A DNA stretch of 64,000 bases from contig OY970192.1 of the NCBI GenBank assembly GCA_963708135.1, positions 3,168,001 through 3,232,000 on the forward strand, read 5' to 3'. Below the pieces are notes generated by a model. The model made no database searches and was not told the origin of the DNA. It was given only the letters and a program-made list of their open reading frames with translations. The DNA comes from an uncultured Gemmatimonadales bacterium (GTDB lineage Bacteria; Gemmatimonadota; Gemmatimonadetes; Longimicrobiales; RSA9). The translations under genes and the position numbers were made by a program. Positions within the stretch are counted from its first letter, which is position 1. Every line of letters starts with the position of its first letter. Shown one piece after another: positions 10,661 through 26,354 of this stretch.

Positions 10661-10950
10661 CGGGGGCGGGTGGGCGACGAGCGCCGCGCCGCCGGCCGCG
10701 GAGATCGGCCGGCTCGGCGCGTCCGAGGACAGCAGCCGGCACCTATCGGGCCGCCCGGCTGCACACCTGGAAGTGTAGTCTCTATCGCTACTTGCAGATC
10801 CCGCCATCGTGCCTGGCTGCGCCGCGGCGGGCAATCCGCCACGCCGGCGGACCAGTGATGCGGCAAAGCGCCCCACCTCTCCTGCACCTTGCTGCACGCC
10901 CCTTGCACAAGGCCCCGGCCGTGGTTCGGCACGGGCTCGAGCGAGGAGGC

Positions 10951-11475
10951 ATGGTGGGACGGGCGAGGCATGGGTGGGCGGCGCTCCTGCTGGCCGGGAC
11001 GCTGCTCGCAGGCGGCGCGCGCGGCGAGCTGCGCGGACAGGTGCTGGCGGCGGGGCTCGGCGCCGCGACGGGGATGGCGGCGGGGGGCTACATCACGCTG
11101 AGCGTGGTCGTGGCCGGCTCGCGGACGGGGCACTACGTCGCCAACATCAGCGACGTGCTCGGATGGGGCTCCATCCCCGTGCTCGCCGGCGGCGCCACGG
11201 GCGCGGCGCTCGGCTGGTTCGACCCGCCGCGGCTGTGGGGCGTGATGGGCTACGGCGCCGCCGGCACCGTGCTCGGCGCGGCGCTGGGCGCCCTGGTCGG
11301 GCACCTGGCCTGGTCGCCGCCGGAGGGGAAGTGGGCCGGCGCGGCGATCGGCGCCGGGCTCGGCCTCATCGCCGGCAGCACGATCGGCGTGCTGTACCCG
11401 ATCGGCCACGGCGGCGGCGGACCGCTCGGCCTGTCCGGCGCGCGCGTGCCGATCGCCGTCCGGGTGCCCTTCTGA
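10951..11475 (+). CDS. Gly-rich hypothetical membrane protein
   Basis: GAGGAGG RBS; hydrophobic Gly-zipper-like segments; the stop overlaps the next ATG. Confidence 0.7.
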   Translation: MVGRARHGWAALLLAGTLLAGGARGELRGQVLAAGLGAATGMAAGGYITLSVVVAGSRTGHYVANISDVLGWGSIPVLAGGATGAALGWFDPPRLWGVMGYGAAGTVLGAALGALVGHLAWSPPEGKWAGAAIGAGLGLIAGSTIGVLYPIGHGGGGPLGLSGARVPIAVRVPF

Positions 11476-12650
11476 TGCGCGCGCGGGCGGGCGCGGCCGC
11501 CGGAGCACTCGTGGCGCTCGCGGCCTCGGCGTGCGTGACGTCGCATTCCGGACTTCCGCCGTGGCAGCCGATCGAGGCGCCGTCACCGGACCGGGTCGAG
11601 GCGGTGCTCTTCCTGGCGGGGGACGCCGGGGAGTCGGTGGCGGAGAGCACACCGCTGATCGCGCGGCTGCGCCAGGAGGTCGAGAGCTGGGCCGCGCGGC
11701 TGCCGCGCGACTCGGCCGTGGTGGTGCTCTATCTCGGCGACGACGTCTACCCCGCCGGCGTGCACGCGCCGTGGGACCCGCTCTTCGCCGCGGACTCGAC
11801 GCACCTGGCCGCCCAGCTGGACGCGGTCTCGGGACCGGTCGCCCGGCGGCGGGGAGCCCGCGCGTACTTCGTCGCCGGCAACCACGACTGGGGCAACCAA
11901 CCCGGCGCGGCCGGGATCCAGCGGCTGGAGAACCTCCAGGCCATGATCGACCGCGCGCGCGCCCGCGGGATCGCCGCCTGGCTGCGCCCTGCCGCCGGCG
12001 AGGGCGGACCGGTGGCGGTCGATGTCGGCCGGCACCTGCGCCTCCTGCTCCTCGACACCGCGTGGTGGCTCTACGAAGCGGAGGAAGAGCCGAAGGGCGC
12101 GCTGCTCGCGGCCGTCGAGGGTGCGATACGCGCCGCGGGCGGGCGCTCCGTCATCCTCGCGGCGCACCACCCGTTCGCCTCCGGTGGACCGCACGGCGGG
12201 CTCATCCCCTTCTGGCAGGGCCTCGGCGTGCAGTGGCTGCTCTACAAGTCCGGCGCCCTGCTCCAGGACCTGAACTCGATCCCGTTCAAGGAGCTCCACA
12301 ACGGGCTGCTCGGCGTCTTCGCGCGCACCGGGGCGCCGCTCGCCTTCGCCGCCGGCCACGACCACTCGCTCCAGGTGCTCCGCGACACGGCCGTGAACGC
12401 GCCGCGTTGGGCGCTCGTCAGCGGCAGCGCGAGCAAGCGCACCAGGATCGGCTGGGACTCGCGCATGCGCTTCCGCCGCTCCTCGCCCGGCTTCATGCGC
12501 ATCGAGGTAAGAGGCGACGGCCGCGTCGCCCTCTTCGTCGAGGCCGCCGACAACGCCTTCGCCTCCTGCCCCGCCGGGCCCGACCTCGCGAAGTGCATGG
12601 CCGACGGGGTGGCGGCGTTCAGCACCGCGTACTCGGCGTGGCTGAAGTAG
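11475..12650 (+). CDS. Metallophosphoesterase (lipoprotein-like)
   Basis: GDAG, LGDDVY, GNHDW, HHP and GHDH calcineurin-like motifs; ASAC lipobox-like signal. Confidence 0.88.
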   Translation: MRARAGAAAGALVALAASACVTSHSGLPPWQPIEAPSPDRVEAVLFLAGDAGESVAESTPLIARLRQEVESWAARLPRDSAVVVLYLGDDVYPAGVHAPWDPLFAADSTHLAAQLDAVSGPVARRRGARAYFVAGNHDWGNQPGAAGIQRLENLQAMIDRARARGIAAWLRPAAGEGGPVAVDVGRHLRLLLLDTAWWLYEAEEEPKGALLAAVEGAIRAAGGRSVILAAHHPFASGGPHGGLIPFWQGLGVQWLLYKSGALLQDLNSIPFKELHNGLLGVFARTGAPLAFAAGHDHSLQVLRDTAVNAPRWALVSGSASKRTRIGWDSRMRFRRSSPGFMRIEVRGDGRVALFVEAADNAFASCPAGPDLAKCMADGVAAFSTAYSAWLK

Positions 12651-12720
12651 CCCCGCGGCCGCACCGTGCATCCGGGCGGAAATCACTCTTCACGGCGAAT
12701 CTCGGCGAGCGTATATTTCC

Positions 12721-12745
12721 CGTTGCATCCTCGCCGGATGCAACG
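12721..12745. promoter_or_regulatory. Perfect 10-bp inverted repeat upstream of the multicopper oxidase
   Basis: CGTTGCATCC-tcgcc-GGATGCAACG. Confidence 0.45.
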
Positions 12746-12823
12746 ATCTCCTGCTGCGCCCATCCGCACGCGCGACGCCGCGCTCCCTGCCGATTCGGGG
12801 ACGAACCTCCCGGAGGAAGGCCA

Positions 12824-14755
12824 ATGTCCGCGTTCCATGCGTCGTCGCTCCCGATACTCGGGCTCTCCCTGCTCCTCGCCGGCGGCGCGCGGCCCGCGCC
12901 GGGCGGCGCTCTCCCGCCCGTCAGTCCCAATCGCAATCTCCAGCCGGCCGGCCGCCTCCGGGGCGGGGTGCTGACCGTCGCGCTCGAGGCCCGGCGGAGT
13001 GCCTGGCAGATTAACGGGCCCGCTCGCCCGGCAATGGCGGTCGAGGCCTTCTCGGAGCCGGGCAGAGCGCCGCTCGTCCCGGGGCCGCTTCTGCGGGTCC
13101 CGCGGGGAACGGAGATCCGCGTGTCAGTGCGGAACACGCTCGAGACTCCGCTCACCTTTTTCATCCCCGCCGTCGTCCGGGGCGGCCCGGACCGGATGAC
13201 CGCCATGGACTCGGTCGTGGTCGCGCCCGGTGGCGTGGGCCGGCTGACCACGCGCGCCAGCGTGCCGGGCAATTTCGTCTACCGCGCCACGACGCCGGCC
13301 GGCGTGAACCGGCTTACGGAAGTGGCCGGACTCCTGGCCGGCGCCCTGGTGGTGGACACGGCAGCCGTCGTCGCACCGGCGCGCGACCGGGTCTTCGTGA
13401 TCATGGAGGCGCCCGATTCCGAGGCCACTGCCTACCTGGACACGGTGAAGGTCGTCAGCCCCGCGTTTCCGGTCGGGCGTGAGGTGTTCACCATAAACGG
13501 CCTCTCCTGGCCCGCGACGGAGCGGATCCACGCCACGGTCGGCGACTCGCTGCACTGGCGGGTGATCAACGCCACCAACGACGTCCACCCGATGCACCTG
13601 CACGGCTTCTACTACCGCGTCGACGCCTTCGCCGGACCCGAGGCCGACCGGCAGGGCCGGCCCGCGCCGGGACAGATGGTCGTGACGCAGCTGATGACGC
13701 CGTTCTCCGGGATGTCCATGACCTGGTCGCCCGACCGGCCCGGCAACTGGCTGTTCCACTGCCATTTCGCGCTGCACCTGCAGCCCGATTCCGTGTCCGC
13801 GGCGCCGGGCGACCCGCACCTGCGGGGCATGGTCGGGTTGGTGATCGGGACGCTCGTGGCGGAGCGGCCCGGTGCGCGCCCCACCTCGCTCGCGGCGCCG
13901 GCACGGCGGCTCCGTCTCGTCGCCGTCACCGGCCCGGCGCCGCTCGGCCGCGGCCCCGACTCCGTGCCGTCGATGCATTTCGTGCTCGAGGAGAACGGCC
14001 GCCGGACCGACACGGGGCGGGACTTCAGCCCGGAGCTCGACCTGACCCGTGGCGAGCCGGTCTCGATCACGATCCTGAACCGCCTGGCCGAGCCCACGAG
14101 CGTCCACTGGCACGGCATCGAGATCCAGGACAGCTACTATGACGGCGTGCCCGGCTTCAGCGGGGAAGGCGACCACCTGACGCCGGCGATCGCGCCGGGC
14201 GATTCCTTCGTGGCGCACTTCGCGCCGTCGCGCTCGGGCACCTTCATGTATCACGCCCACATTGATGATGTGCCGGAGCAGGCGGCCGGGCTGGAGGGCG
14301 CGCTCATCGTGCGCGACCCCGGCGCCACGCCCGCGCCCGACGATCACGTGTTCTTCCTGAAGGGCGCCGTCCGTAGCCGCGCGCATCCGCTGGAGATCGA
14401 CGGCCAGCCCGACCCCGACACGGTCGTCCTGCACGTCGGCCGCACCGCCCGGCTCCGCCTCATCAATCTCGCCACCACCAACCCCGTCCCGTGGTTCTGG
14501 CTCACGGCCCGGCCGGACAGCGCCCTCACCCTGCAGAGCGACCCCATGGTGGTCCGCTGGCTGCCCGTCGCCAAGGACGGCTTCGACCGGCCCGCGTCCG
14601 CACGGGTTCCCCGCACCGCGGGCCAGATCGTCGCCATGGGGGAGACCTACGACTTCGAGTACACGCCCCACGAGCGCGGGATGCTGCGCCTCGAGGTGCG
14701 CGCCAACGGGAGGCAGCGCCGTCTGCTCATCAGGGTGCCCATCCGGGTGGAGTAG
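12824..14755 (+). CDS. Multicopper oxidase
   Basis: Signal peptide; HPMHLHG, WLFHCHFALH, SVHWHG and FMYHAH; RBS GGAGG. Confidence 0.9.
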   Translation: MSAFHASSLPILGLSLLLAGGARPAPGGALPPVSPNRNLQPAGRLRGGVLTVALEARRSAWQINGPARPAMAVEAFSEPGRAPLVPGPLLRVPRGTEIRVSVRNTLETPLTFFIPAVVRGGPDRMTAMDSVVVAPGGVGRLTTRASVPGNFVYRATTPAGVNRLTEVAGLLAGALVVDTAAVVAPARDRVFVIMEAPDSEATAYLDTVKVVSPAFPVGREVFTINGLSWPATERIHATVGDSLHWRVINATNDVHPMHLHGFYYRVDAFAGPEADRQGRPAPGQMVVTQLMTPFSGMSMTWSPDRPGNWLFHCHFALHLQPDSVSAAPGDPHLRGMVGLVIGTLVAERPGARPTSLAAPARRLRLVAVTGPAPLGRGPDSVPSMHFVLEENGRRTDTGRDFSPELDLTRGEPVSITILNRLAEPTSVHWHGIEIQDSYYDGVPGFSGEGDHLTPAIAPGDSFVAHFAPSRSGTFMYHAHIDDVPEQAAGLEGALIVRDPGATPAPDDHVFFLKGAVRSRAHPLEIDGQPDPDTVVLHVGRTARLRLINLATTNPVPWFWLTARPDSALTLQSDPMVVRWLPVAKDGFDRPASARVPRTAGQIVAMGETYDFEYTPHERGMLRLEVRANGRQRRLLIRVPIRVE

Positions 14756-14821
14756 CCGGGGCGCTCCCCGCGAGGTAAAGGCCGCGCCCAACGCGGGGCG
14801 TCGCCCAGCTACGAAGCGGGC

Positions 14822-16405
14822 TCAGCGCCCCGCAGGCGACGACAGCATCCGCCGCGCGACCTGCTCCGCCAGCCCCTTCGCGTCCGCCGCCGCGTCGTTC
14901 GTCAGCACGATGACCACCGCGCGGCGACCGGGGATGCGCAGGAAGGCGTCCCGGCGGCCGCCCTCAATGCCGTAGGCGCCGAGCACGGTCATGCCGTCCA
15001 GCGTCTCGGCCGTCCAGCCCTTCGTCGCGTCCACGCCGCGCCAGGTGGCCGGGCTCTCGAGGCCGAGCTCCAGCCGGTAGAGCTCGTCCACATCCGAGCT
15101 CACCTGCCCGTCCGTGTCCGCGCTGGTCCGGTGCAGCCCGATCGGCGGCCCGATCTCGCGCGCGAGGCAGCGCCCGAGCGGCTTCATCGCCTGCCAGCGC
15201 TCCTGCGCGGCGGCCGCTCTCCGCGCCGCGGCGGCCCGGGCGGCCGCACTCGCCGCCGCGGCGCCCCCGCCCCCCGCCCCGCGCGGCGCCGCGGGCGGCG
15301 GCAGCTGGGCGCAGAGCGCGGAGAACACCGCGGACATGCGGCCGAGCGGGAACTGCGGCAGCGTCGTCGTCGGCATGAGCCGCTCCTGGTCCGGCACGCC
15401 GTACGACGCGTCCACGAACACCTCGCCGTCCATGGCGGCGAGCACCGTCGCGCCGCCGCGCGAGGCGTCGGCGTAGCCGGCGAAGAGGCTGTCCACGAAG
15501 GCCTGCGTCAGCGGCGAGTCATCGATCGCGCGGTGGGTGACGTGCCGCGTCGCCAGATCGTAGCGGTCGCCGGGGTGGAGCGTGAGGAACGGCTTGCCCG
15601 GATCGGTCGGGTCGTTGCCGCCGTAGACGAAGGCCTTGTTGCGCCCGACGATCACCGCCGTGTCGCCCCGCACCACCCACGCGGTGCCCTCGTCCTCCGA
15701 CATGCCGAGCAGCCGCGGGTAGCGCGGCATGATCGAGTCGGCCAGGTCCGGCAGCCGCTCGCGCGCCACCACGTGCTGGTCGATGCCCACCCCGCGCAGA
15801 AACGCGAAGCCCTTCTCGTAGCCCGGGTAGTCCATGATGAAGTTGTCGTTCGACGGCGCGCCGCGGACGAGGAAGTCGCCCAGGATCGTGGCGCCGGCGG
15901 ACGAGCCGCCCACTACCCCGCCCCGCGCCAGCAGATCGTGGAACGCCTGCTCCGTCTTCGTCCCCGCGTACGCATCCACCAGCCGGTACTGCCGCCCGCC
16001 CTCGAACCAGACGCCGCCGGCGCGCCCGATCGGCGCGGCGAACGAGTCCGAATCCGCCACCTTCCGATCCGTCGTGAACAGCACGTGCACGTTGCGCGCA
16101 CCGTGGGCGCGCAGCGCCCGCGCGCCTCCCGCATCCTCGCCGTAGGAGGCGCCGCCACCCGCGTTCGGCACGTCCAGGATCAGCGCGTCCCGCCCGCCCG
16201 CCGCGGCAATGAACCGCGCGTAGATCTCCGGCCCCAGCGCGCCGCCGCCGACCACGATAACGGTGCCGTGCGCCGGGCCGACCGTGGTCGTGCCGGGCGA
16301 CGCCCCGGCCTCGCCGCTGGCCTGCGCGGACACCACGGCCGGAAGGGCGAGCGCGGCGAGGAGAACGAGGAGGTAGGCGCGCGGGACGCGGGGGAGGAGC
16401 GGCAT
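14822..16405 (-). CDS. Cyanophycinase/peptidase S51 fused to a reduced beta-lactamase-like domain
   Basis: VVGGG, WFEGGRQ, GGSSAGA, IDQH..RER; C-terminal SSDVDELYR...VIVLTN. Confidence 0.8.
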   Translation of the reverse strand: MPLLPRVPRAYLLVLLAALALPAVVSAQASGEAGASPGTTTVGPAHGTVIVVGGGALGPEIYARFIAAAGGRDALILDVPNAGGGASYGEDAGGARALRAHGARNVHVLFTTDRKVADSDSFAAPIGRAGGVWFEGGRQYRLVDAYAGTKTEQAFHDLLARGGVVGGSSAGATILGDFLVRGAPSNDNFIMDYPGYEKGFAFLRGVGIDQHVVARERLPDLADSIMPRYPRLLGMSEDEGTAWVVRGDTAVIVGRNKAFVYGGNDPTDPGKPFLTLHPGDRYDLATRHVTHRAIDDSPLTQAFVDSLFAGYADASRGGATVLAAMDGEVFVDASYGVPDQERLMPTTTLPQFPLGRMSAVFSALCAQLPPPAAPRGAGGGGAAAASAAARAAAARRAAAAQERWQAMKPLGRCLAREIGPPIGLHRTSADTDGQVSSDVDELYRLELGLESPATWRGVDATKGWTAETLDGMTVLGAYGIEGGRRDAFLRIPGRRAVVIVLTNDAAADAKGLAEQVARRMLSSPAGR

Positions 16406-16564
16406 GAGGCCTCCAGCGAAGTCTCGGATGGATGGAGCGGCGTCAGCGGGTGACGGGTCGAAGATGCGGCCGGCCCCACCGCCGCGCAACGAGCGGCGGT
16501 CGCCCGCCGGCGAAGCACCTCGGCTCGGGTCCCTCGCGCGCGGCCCGGCTCCACGAAGCAGCTC

Positions 16565-16978
16565 TCAGCCGGACGCCGAAGCTTCCCCCGGCACGAGGAA
16601 CTCGCAGCGCGGGCCGGCCGCCCGGCTCAGCCGGATGTCCAGCGTCGCGAGCTTCGCGCCCAGCTCCTCGGCGACCGCGACGTACCACGCGTCGTAGGTC
16701 GTGAGATTCGCCCGGAGCGCCCAGATCCTCTCCCCGAACGGCGCGTATGGGAGCAGGTCGAGGTCCAGGACGAGGAGGTCGGCGTAAGCGAGCGACGCCG
16801 CGTCGGCCGACACGTCGCCCGCGAGCGCCGCCCGCCGGAGGATGTTCCCGACCTCCGCGAGCATCAGGTGCGGCGCCGATGGGCGCTCGCTCGCAAGAAC
16901 CGCCTCGGCCCACACCCCATCGGCTCCGCTGTCGATGAGGGCCGCCACCACCACAGACGCATCGACAACCAGGCTCAC
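16565..16978 (-). CDS. vapC: VapC PIN-domain toxin
   Basis: VVDASV, EV..., NLTTYDAWYVAVAE, LATLD. Confidence 0.9.
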   Translation of the reverse strand: MSLVVDASVVVAALIDSGADGVWAEAVLASERPSAPHLMLAEVGNILRRAALAGDVSADAASLAYADLLVLDLDLLPYAPFGERIWALRANLTTYDAWYVAVAEELGAKLATLDIRLSRAAGPRCEFLVPGEASASG

Positions 16979-17211
16979 CGGCGCTCGGCGTCCCTGTAGG
17001 ACAGGATCCGCTCCCGCGGAAGTCGTGTCCCCGTCCGCATCTTCCTCTCGCGAATCCGTGCGATCAGGAGCTCGGGATCCGGCCGGCGCGACATCTCCAC
17101 CAACTGAGCCCGCAGGTATTCCTGTAGCGAGCGGCCGCTCGCCGCGGCCCGCGCCGCCAGCTCGTCGCGCGTCTCATCGGGCACGTCGCGAATCGTGATG
17201 GACTTGCTCAT
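16975..17211 (-). CDS. FitA/VapB-like RHH antitoxin
   Basis: ITIRDVPDE..LAARAA..GRSLQEYL; overlaps the toxin start by 4 bp. Confidence 0.88.
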   Translation of the reverse strand: MSKSITIRDVPDETRDELAARAAASGRSLQEYLRAQLVEMSRRPDPELLIARIRERKMRTGTRLPRERILSYRDAERR

Positions 17212-17256
17212 GGTGATACTCTACTGCGGCTGCATGCACAATGCAAGCGCCCCGCA

Positions 17257-23719
<6,463 letters not shown>

Positions 23720-23728
23720 AGCGCCGCC

Positions 23729-24703
23729 TCAGCGCGCCGACTCGAGCACCTGGTCCTCCCAGGAGAAATCGGGGCGCGGCCGCTGCTGCCGGCGATACCA
23801 GGCGTACGTGTCGCGGAGCCCGTCGTCGAGCGGGGTGAGCTCGAGGCCGAGCTCCGCGCGCACCCGGTCGCTGCGGACGACGAGCGGCGGGAGGTCCAGG
23901 TAGGCGCCGAAGTAGTAGGGCGGCGCGGCCAGTCCTCCGCCGGCCGCCTCGAGCCGCTCCCGCGGGATGTGCACGAGGTCCGCGGGCCTGCCGGCGATGT
24001 CCGCCAGCAGCCGGACGAAATCGTCCTGCGCGATCGGCGGGTAGCCCGCCAGGTTGTAGGCGTGGCCGATCGCGACATCCTCGTCGGCCGCGAGCACCGC
24101 CGCGCGCGCGACGTCGTGGACGTGCACCCACTGCATCGGACGCGAGCCGTCTTCCGGCACGATGATCGGGCGCTCAGCCAGCAGCCGGTCCCAGAAGAAC
24201 GCCTCACGCTCGAACGGGTTGTGCGGCCCGTAGATGAACGCCGGGCGGAGCGTGCTGACGGGAAGGCCGCCGCGGCGCGAGAGCTCGAAGAGGGCCCGCT
24301 CGCTGTCCGCCTTCTGCGCCCGGTACGGGCTCGGATCGCTCGGCGGAACGAGCGGCGCATCCTCGTCGTATTCGCCGCCCACGCCGTAGACCGCGATGCT
24401 CGAGGTGAACACGTAGCGACGACCGGGCAATGCCGCCTCCGCGGCGGCGCGCACCTGCTCGCCCGTGGTCCCGCGCTGCCAGTCGTAGACGTTGTCGAAG
24501 ACGAGGTCGAACGCGGTGCCCTCCAGGGCGGAGCGGACCGCCGCGATGTCGTTGCGGTCGCACCGGATCTCGCCCACGCGATCGCCGAACGGCGTGCCCG
24601 CGCCGCGGTGCATGATGACGACGTCGTCGCCGCGCTCGAGCAGCCGCTCCACGAGCGCCTGGCCGATGAACTGGGTCCCGCCGATCACGAGCGTCCGTGC
24701 CAT
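23729..24703 (-). CDS. NAD-dependent epimerase/dehydratase family
   Basis: GGTQFIG, FTSSIAVY, YRAQK, RPAFIYGP. RBS GAGGAGG. Confidence 0.92.
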   Translation of the reverse strand: MARTLVIGGTQFIGQALVERLLERGDDVVIMHRGAGTPFGDRVGEIRCDRNDIAAVRSALEGTAFDLVFDNVYDWQRGTTGEQVRAAAEAALPGRRYVFTSSIAVYGVGGEYDEDAPLVPPSDPSPYRAQKADSERALFELSRRGGLPVSTLRPAFIYGPHNPFEREAFFWDRLLAERPIIVPEDGSRPMQWVHVHDVARAAVLAADEDVAIGHAYNLAGYPPIAQDDFVRLLADIAGRPADLVHIPRERLEAAGGGLAAPPYYFGAYLDLPPLVVRSDRVRAELGLELTPLDDGLRDTYAWYRRQQRPRPDFSWEDQVLESAR

Positions 24704-24712
24704 GATGCCTCC

Positions 24713-25270
24713 TCAGCCGCCGAGCAGGGATTCGATGCCGTCGATCGTCGGCCAGGTGCCGGGCCGCACCGGGCCGCGCACCCTCTGGCGCTCGCGGGAC
24801 GCGAAGTACGGGTTGACGCACTGCCCCTCGCAGGTCGGGTAGACGAGCACGTCGCCCACGTCCAAGAGCAGCGGCTGGGGCTTCTTCAGCACCCTGCGAG
24901 ACTTCCCCGCGACCGGGCCGGCGGCGAGCCGGGTCCGCAGCTCCGCGAGCATGCGACCCCGCTTCCTCAGGTCGCCGGCGCCCATGCCGAGCCGCTCGAG
25001 CATGGAGATGTCCTCGCCTCCGTCAATGATCGCGAGCGCCCGCGCCCGCGCCTCGGGGCAGTCGATCCCCCGCCTCGCGAGCTGGTCGGCCACCACCAGC
25101 CAGAAGGTGGTGTGGTCCTCATCCCCCGGAGCCACAGCCGCCGGCTCCCGCTCGCGCAGCAGGGCCAGCAGCTCGCCCCCGTCGAACGGCAGCCGGGCGA
25201 CCGCGCCAATCGTCGCCCGCAGGTCCATCGCGAAATCGCCCGAATAGAGACTCGTGCCCCAGACACCCAT
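24713..25270 (-). CDS. Hypothetical protein (DUF4259-like N-terminus), possibly C-truncated
   Basis: MGVWGTSLYSGDFAMDLR; FWLVVADQL. Confidence 0.65.
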   Translation of the reverse strand: MGVWGTSLYSGDFAMDLRATIGAVARLPFDGGELLALLREREPAAVAPGDEDHTTFWLVVADQLARRGIDCPEARARALAIIDGGEDISMLERLGMGAGDLRKRGRMLAELRTRLAAGPVAGKSRRVLKKPQPLLLDVGDVLVYPTCEGQCVNPYFASRERQRVRGPVRPGTWPTIDGIESLLGG

Positions 25271-25540
25271 GGCCACAACAGTGGCGCCGATTCCCGCCCC
25301 CTGCAAGCGGTTCCGGCGCGGAGCGGAGTGGAAGACCGACCTTCCCGAGCCTGAAAGGTCGGGGAAAAAGCTGACACGCGCGCGGTCGCCGGCCAGGTTG
25401 GCCCCGGCCGGACCAGCGGGCTGGCCGGCGAGACCAGAGGCGAGGGGCTCCGCACGCGGCGCGTGCGGGGCCCTCTGCATCCGGCCCGCCCGGGGCCGCA
25501 TCAGGCGCGGTCCTTTCTTTCCTCGTTGCACGGAGGTCTT

Positions 25541-26140
25541 ATGCGCACGACACTGCCCCCCCCGTCTGCTCGCCCTCGCGCTCGCGCTGCCGCTCGCAGC
25601 CGGGTGCGCCGGGGACAACCCCGCCTCCGCGCCCGCCGGGCTCACGGGACCCCGGGTGAGCGCGTCCCGCCAGATCGGCGGCGCCGCGGCACCCACGCCC
25701 ACCGGCGTCCCCTCGGGCGAGCGCCTGGTCGGGCAGGCCGCCACGGGCGGCGAGTCCTTCAGCGAGCTGGACCTGGACCTGAAGTTCGCCAACTTCGCGT
25801 TCGCCGAGCACGGGCTGCTGCTGGGCTACGGCGCGGGGCTCGCCGTACCGCTGCGCACCGAGGGGGAGCCGGCCAGGGCGCTGACGTCGGTCGAGCCGTT
25901 TCTCAACCTCGGCTACAAGAAGGCCGCCTGGGAGGTGGAGACCTTCGCCCGCTTCGGAATCCCGACCTCCGGCAGCGACGGGGTCCCGGCCAACGCGGAG
26001 CTCGGCACCAACCTGTCCGTGCTGCGCCACTTCGGAGAGCGCCTCCAGGCCCTCCTCGAGATGGACACGACCTCGCCCCTGGGCGGCGGTGACGACCCGG
26101 TCCTGGCGGACCTCACCCCCGGCGTGAAGGTCCAGCCGCG
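25541..26140 (+). pseudogene. Frameshifted, probably chimeric lipoprotein/outer-membrane protein fragment
   Basis: GGAGGT-ATG; the C8 run at 25556-25563 shifts the frame of a LLALALALPLAAGC signal. Then beta-strand-like LKFANFAF..LTPGVKVQP with no proper end. Confidence 0.55.
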
Positions 26141-26354
26141 AGATCCAGCCACTCCAGACTCAGCTCACCGGGAACACCTTCCACCCATGCTGCCGGGTGG
26201 CCGCTGCGTCCTGCTCAGCACCCGCCGCTCTCGCACGATCCTGCGATGCCAGGATTGCGGCGGGCCTTCCGCGCCACGATCTTGCGAGGCCACGCGCGAT
26301 CCCGGTCCTGATTCCCCGGCACCCGAACCCGAGTCCGCTTCCCAACCCCTGACC

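Noticed and set aside
11531..12823. N-terminal extension of the multicopper oxidase
   Set aside because: It overlaps the phosphoesterase in another frame; the RBS and signal peptide are at 12824.
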